The notes under the pieces were generated by a model, which was given only the letters and a program-made list of their open reading frames with translations, was not told where the DNA came from and did not search any database. 64,000 nucleotides of DNA, from contig CAXXMB010000002.1 in assembly GCA_963668675.2 (NCBI GenBank), positions 2,144,001 to 2,208,000 on the forward strand. Reading direction: 5' to 3'. Positions 63,071-64,000 of the stretch are shown here, piece after piece. The position numbers and the translations under genes were made by a program. This DNA comes from an uncultured Desulfatitalea sp. GTDB lineage: Bacteria; Desulfobacterota; Desulfobacteria; Desulfobacterales; Desulfosarcinaceae. Within the stretch, counting starts at the first letter, position 1, and every line of letters starts with the position of its first letter.

Positions 63071-64000
63071 ATGGCCGGCAAGTTTGTCAGTATGCGCAAT
63101 CTCAAATTCCTGATTCATGAAGTTTACGACGTCGCGGCGCTCACCAAGACGGACTACTACAGCCAGCATAACAAGAAGGCGTTCGACATGGTATTGGACG
63201 CAGCCATGAAACTGGCCCAGAAGATGCTTTATCCGATTCTCGAGGAGATGGACCGTAAAGCGCCATACCTGGAGAACGGAGAGGTTCGGGTGCATCCCAA
63301 CGTCGGTGAGATCCTGAAGGAGTTCGGCGAGGGAGGCTGGATCGGCGCCACCTTCCCTGAGGAGTGGGACGGCGAACAACTGCCCGGTCTGCTGAACTGC
63401 GCCTGCCAACTGATCACGTCGGCATCCAACTATTCGGCCAGTGCGTATATGGGGTTGACCTCCGGCGCCGCCCGCCTGATCTATTCGTATGCCAACAAGG
63501 AGCTGCAAAAGACCTATTTGCCGGAAATGATGGCTGGCAACTGGCAGGGCACCATGGCCCTGACCGAGCCCCAGGCCGGAAGTTCCCTCAGCGACATCAC
63601 CACCACAGCCACCCCGACCGACGAGGGCTACTACAAGCTCAAAGGCACCAAGGTGTTCATCTCCGCCGGCGACCATGACGGCACCAAGAACGTGGTGCAC
63701 ATGCTCCTGGGGCGCATCGAAGGGGCACCCGAGGGCGTTAAGGGGATCTCCATGTTTCTGGTGCCCAAGCTGCGCGTCGAGGAAAACGGCAAGCTGGTTC
63801 CCAACGATGTGACGGTCTCCCAGGTTTTTCACAAGATGGGCTACCGCGGCACCCCCATTACCGAGTTGAGCTTCGGCGACAAGGACGACTGCCGCGCATT
63901 TCTGGTGGGCGAAGCCAACCTCGGCCTAATGTATATGTTCCAAATGATGAATGAAGCCCGTATCGGCGTTGGCTTGGGCGCCGCCGCCATCGCCTCGGCG
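63071..64000 (+). CDS. Acyl-CoA dehydrogenase (partial, runs off the window edge)
   Basis: GGAGG SD; MAGKFVSMRNLKFLIHEV, MALTEPQAGSSL, GTKVFISAGDHD and MFQMMNEARIG. Confidence 0.93.
   Translation, partial: MAGKFVSMRNLKFLIHEVYDVAALTKTDYYSQHNKKAFDMVLDAAMKLAQKMLYPILEEMDRKAPYLENGEVRVHPNVGEILKEFGEGGWIGATFPEEWDGEQLPGLLNCACQLITSASNYSASAYMGLTSGAARLIYSYANKELQKTYLPEMMAGNWQGTMALTEPQAGSSLSDITTTATPTDEGYYKLKGTKVFISAGDHDGTKNVVHMLLGRIEGAPEGVKGISMFLVPKLRVEENGKLVPNDVTVSQVFHKMGYRGTPITELSFGDKDDCRAFLVGEANLGLMYMFQMMNEARIGVGLGAAAIASA

Noticed and set aside
61414..63832. 428-aa and 327-aa minus-strand ORFs
   Set aside because: Antisense shadows of the two acyl-CoA dehydrogenases.

Overview
Core chromosomal region of a GC-rich bacterium, most likely a sulfate-reducing Desulfobacterota (inferred from gene content and repeat types, not proven). 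The left part holds an RNase E/G fragment, a B12 radical SAM gene, htrA, asnS, thyA, gyrB and dnaN. Next to dnaN is a clear oriC-like segment with no dnaA beside it, followed by two short RdgC-like genes, a KamA-like radical SAM gene and an EndoQ-UvrD fusion. The middle holds leuCD, ilvBN, maeB, an orphan lpxA beside a 5'-truncated acyl-CoA ligase, alaC and several gene remnants. The right part holds a mycothiol-like operon (MshA-like glycosyltransferase, PIG-L deacetylase, GNAT, two Gfo/Idh/MocA, two S51 peptidase-fold proteins), ilvD, mprF/dedA, clpS, an aroA-aroC-aminotransferase-tyrA operon and two acyl-CoA dehydrogenases. I saw no rRNA, tRNA, CRISPR array or intact transposase. Best candidates for new biology: (1) a complete alanine-sensing leader-peptide attenuator upstream of alaC; (2) the MshA/MshB-like operon, which has no MshC but encodes a peptidase-fold protein fused to a CysRS C-terminal domain, suggesting tRNA-dependent aminoacyl transfer.
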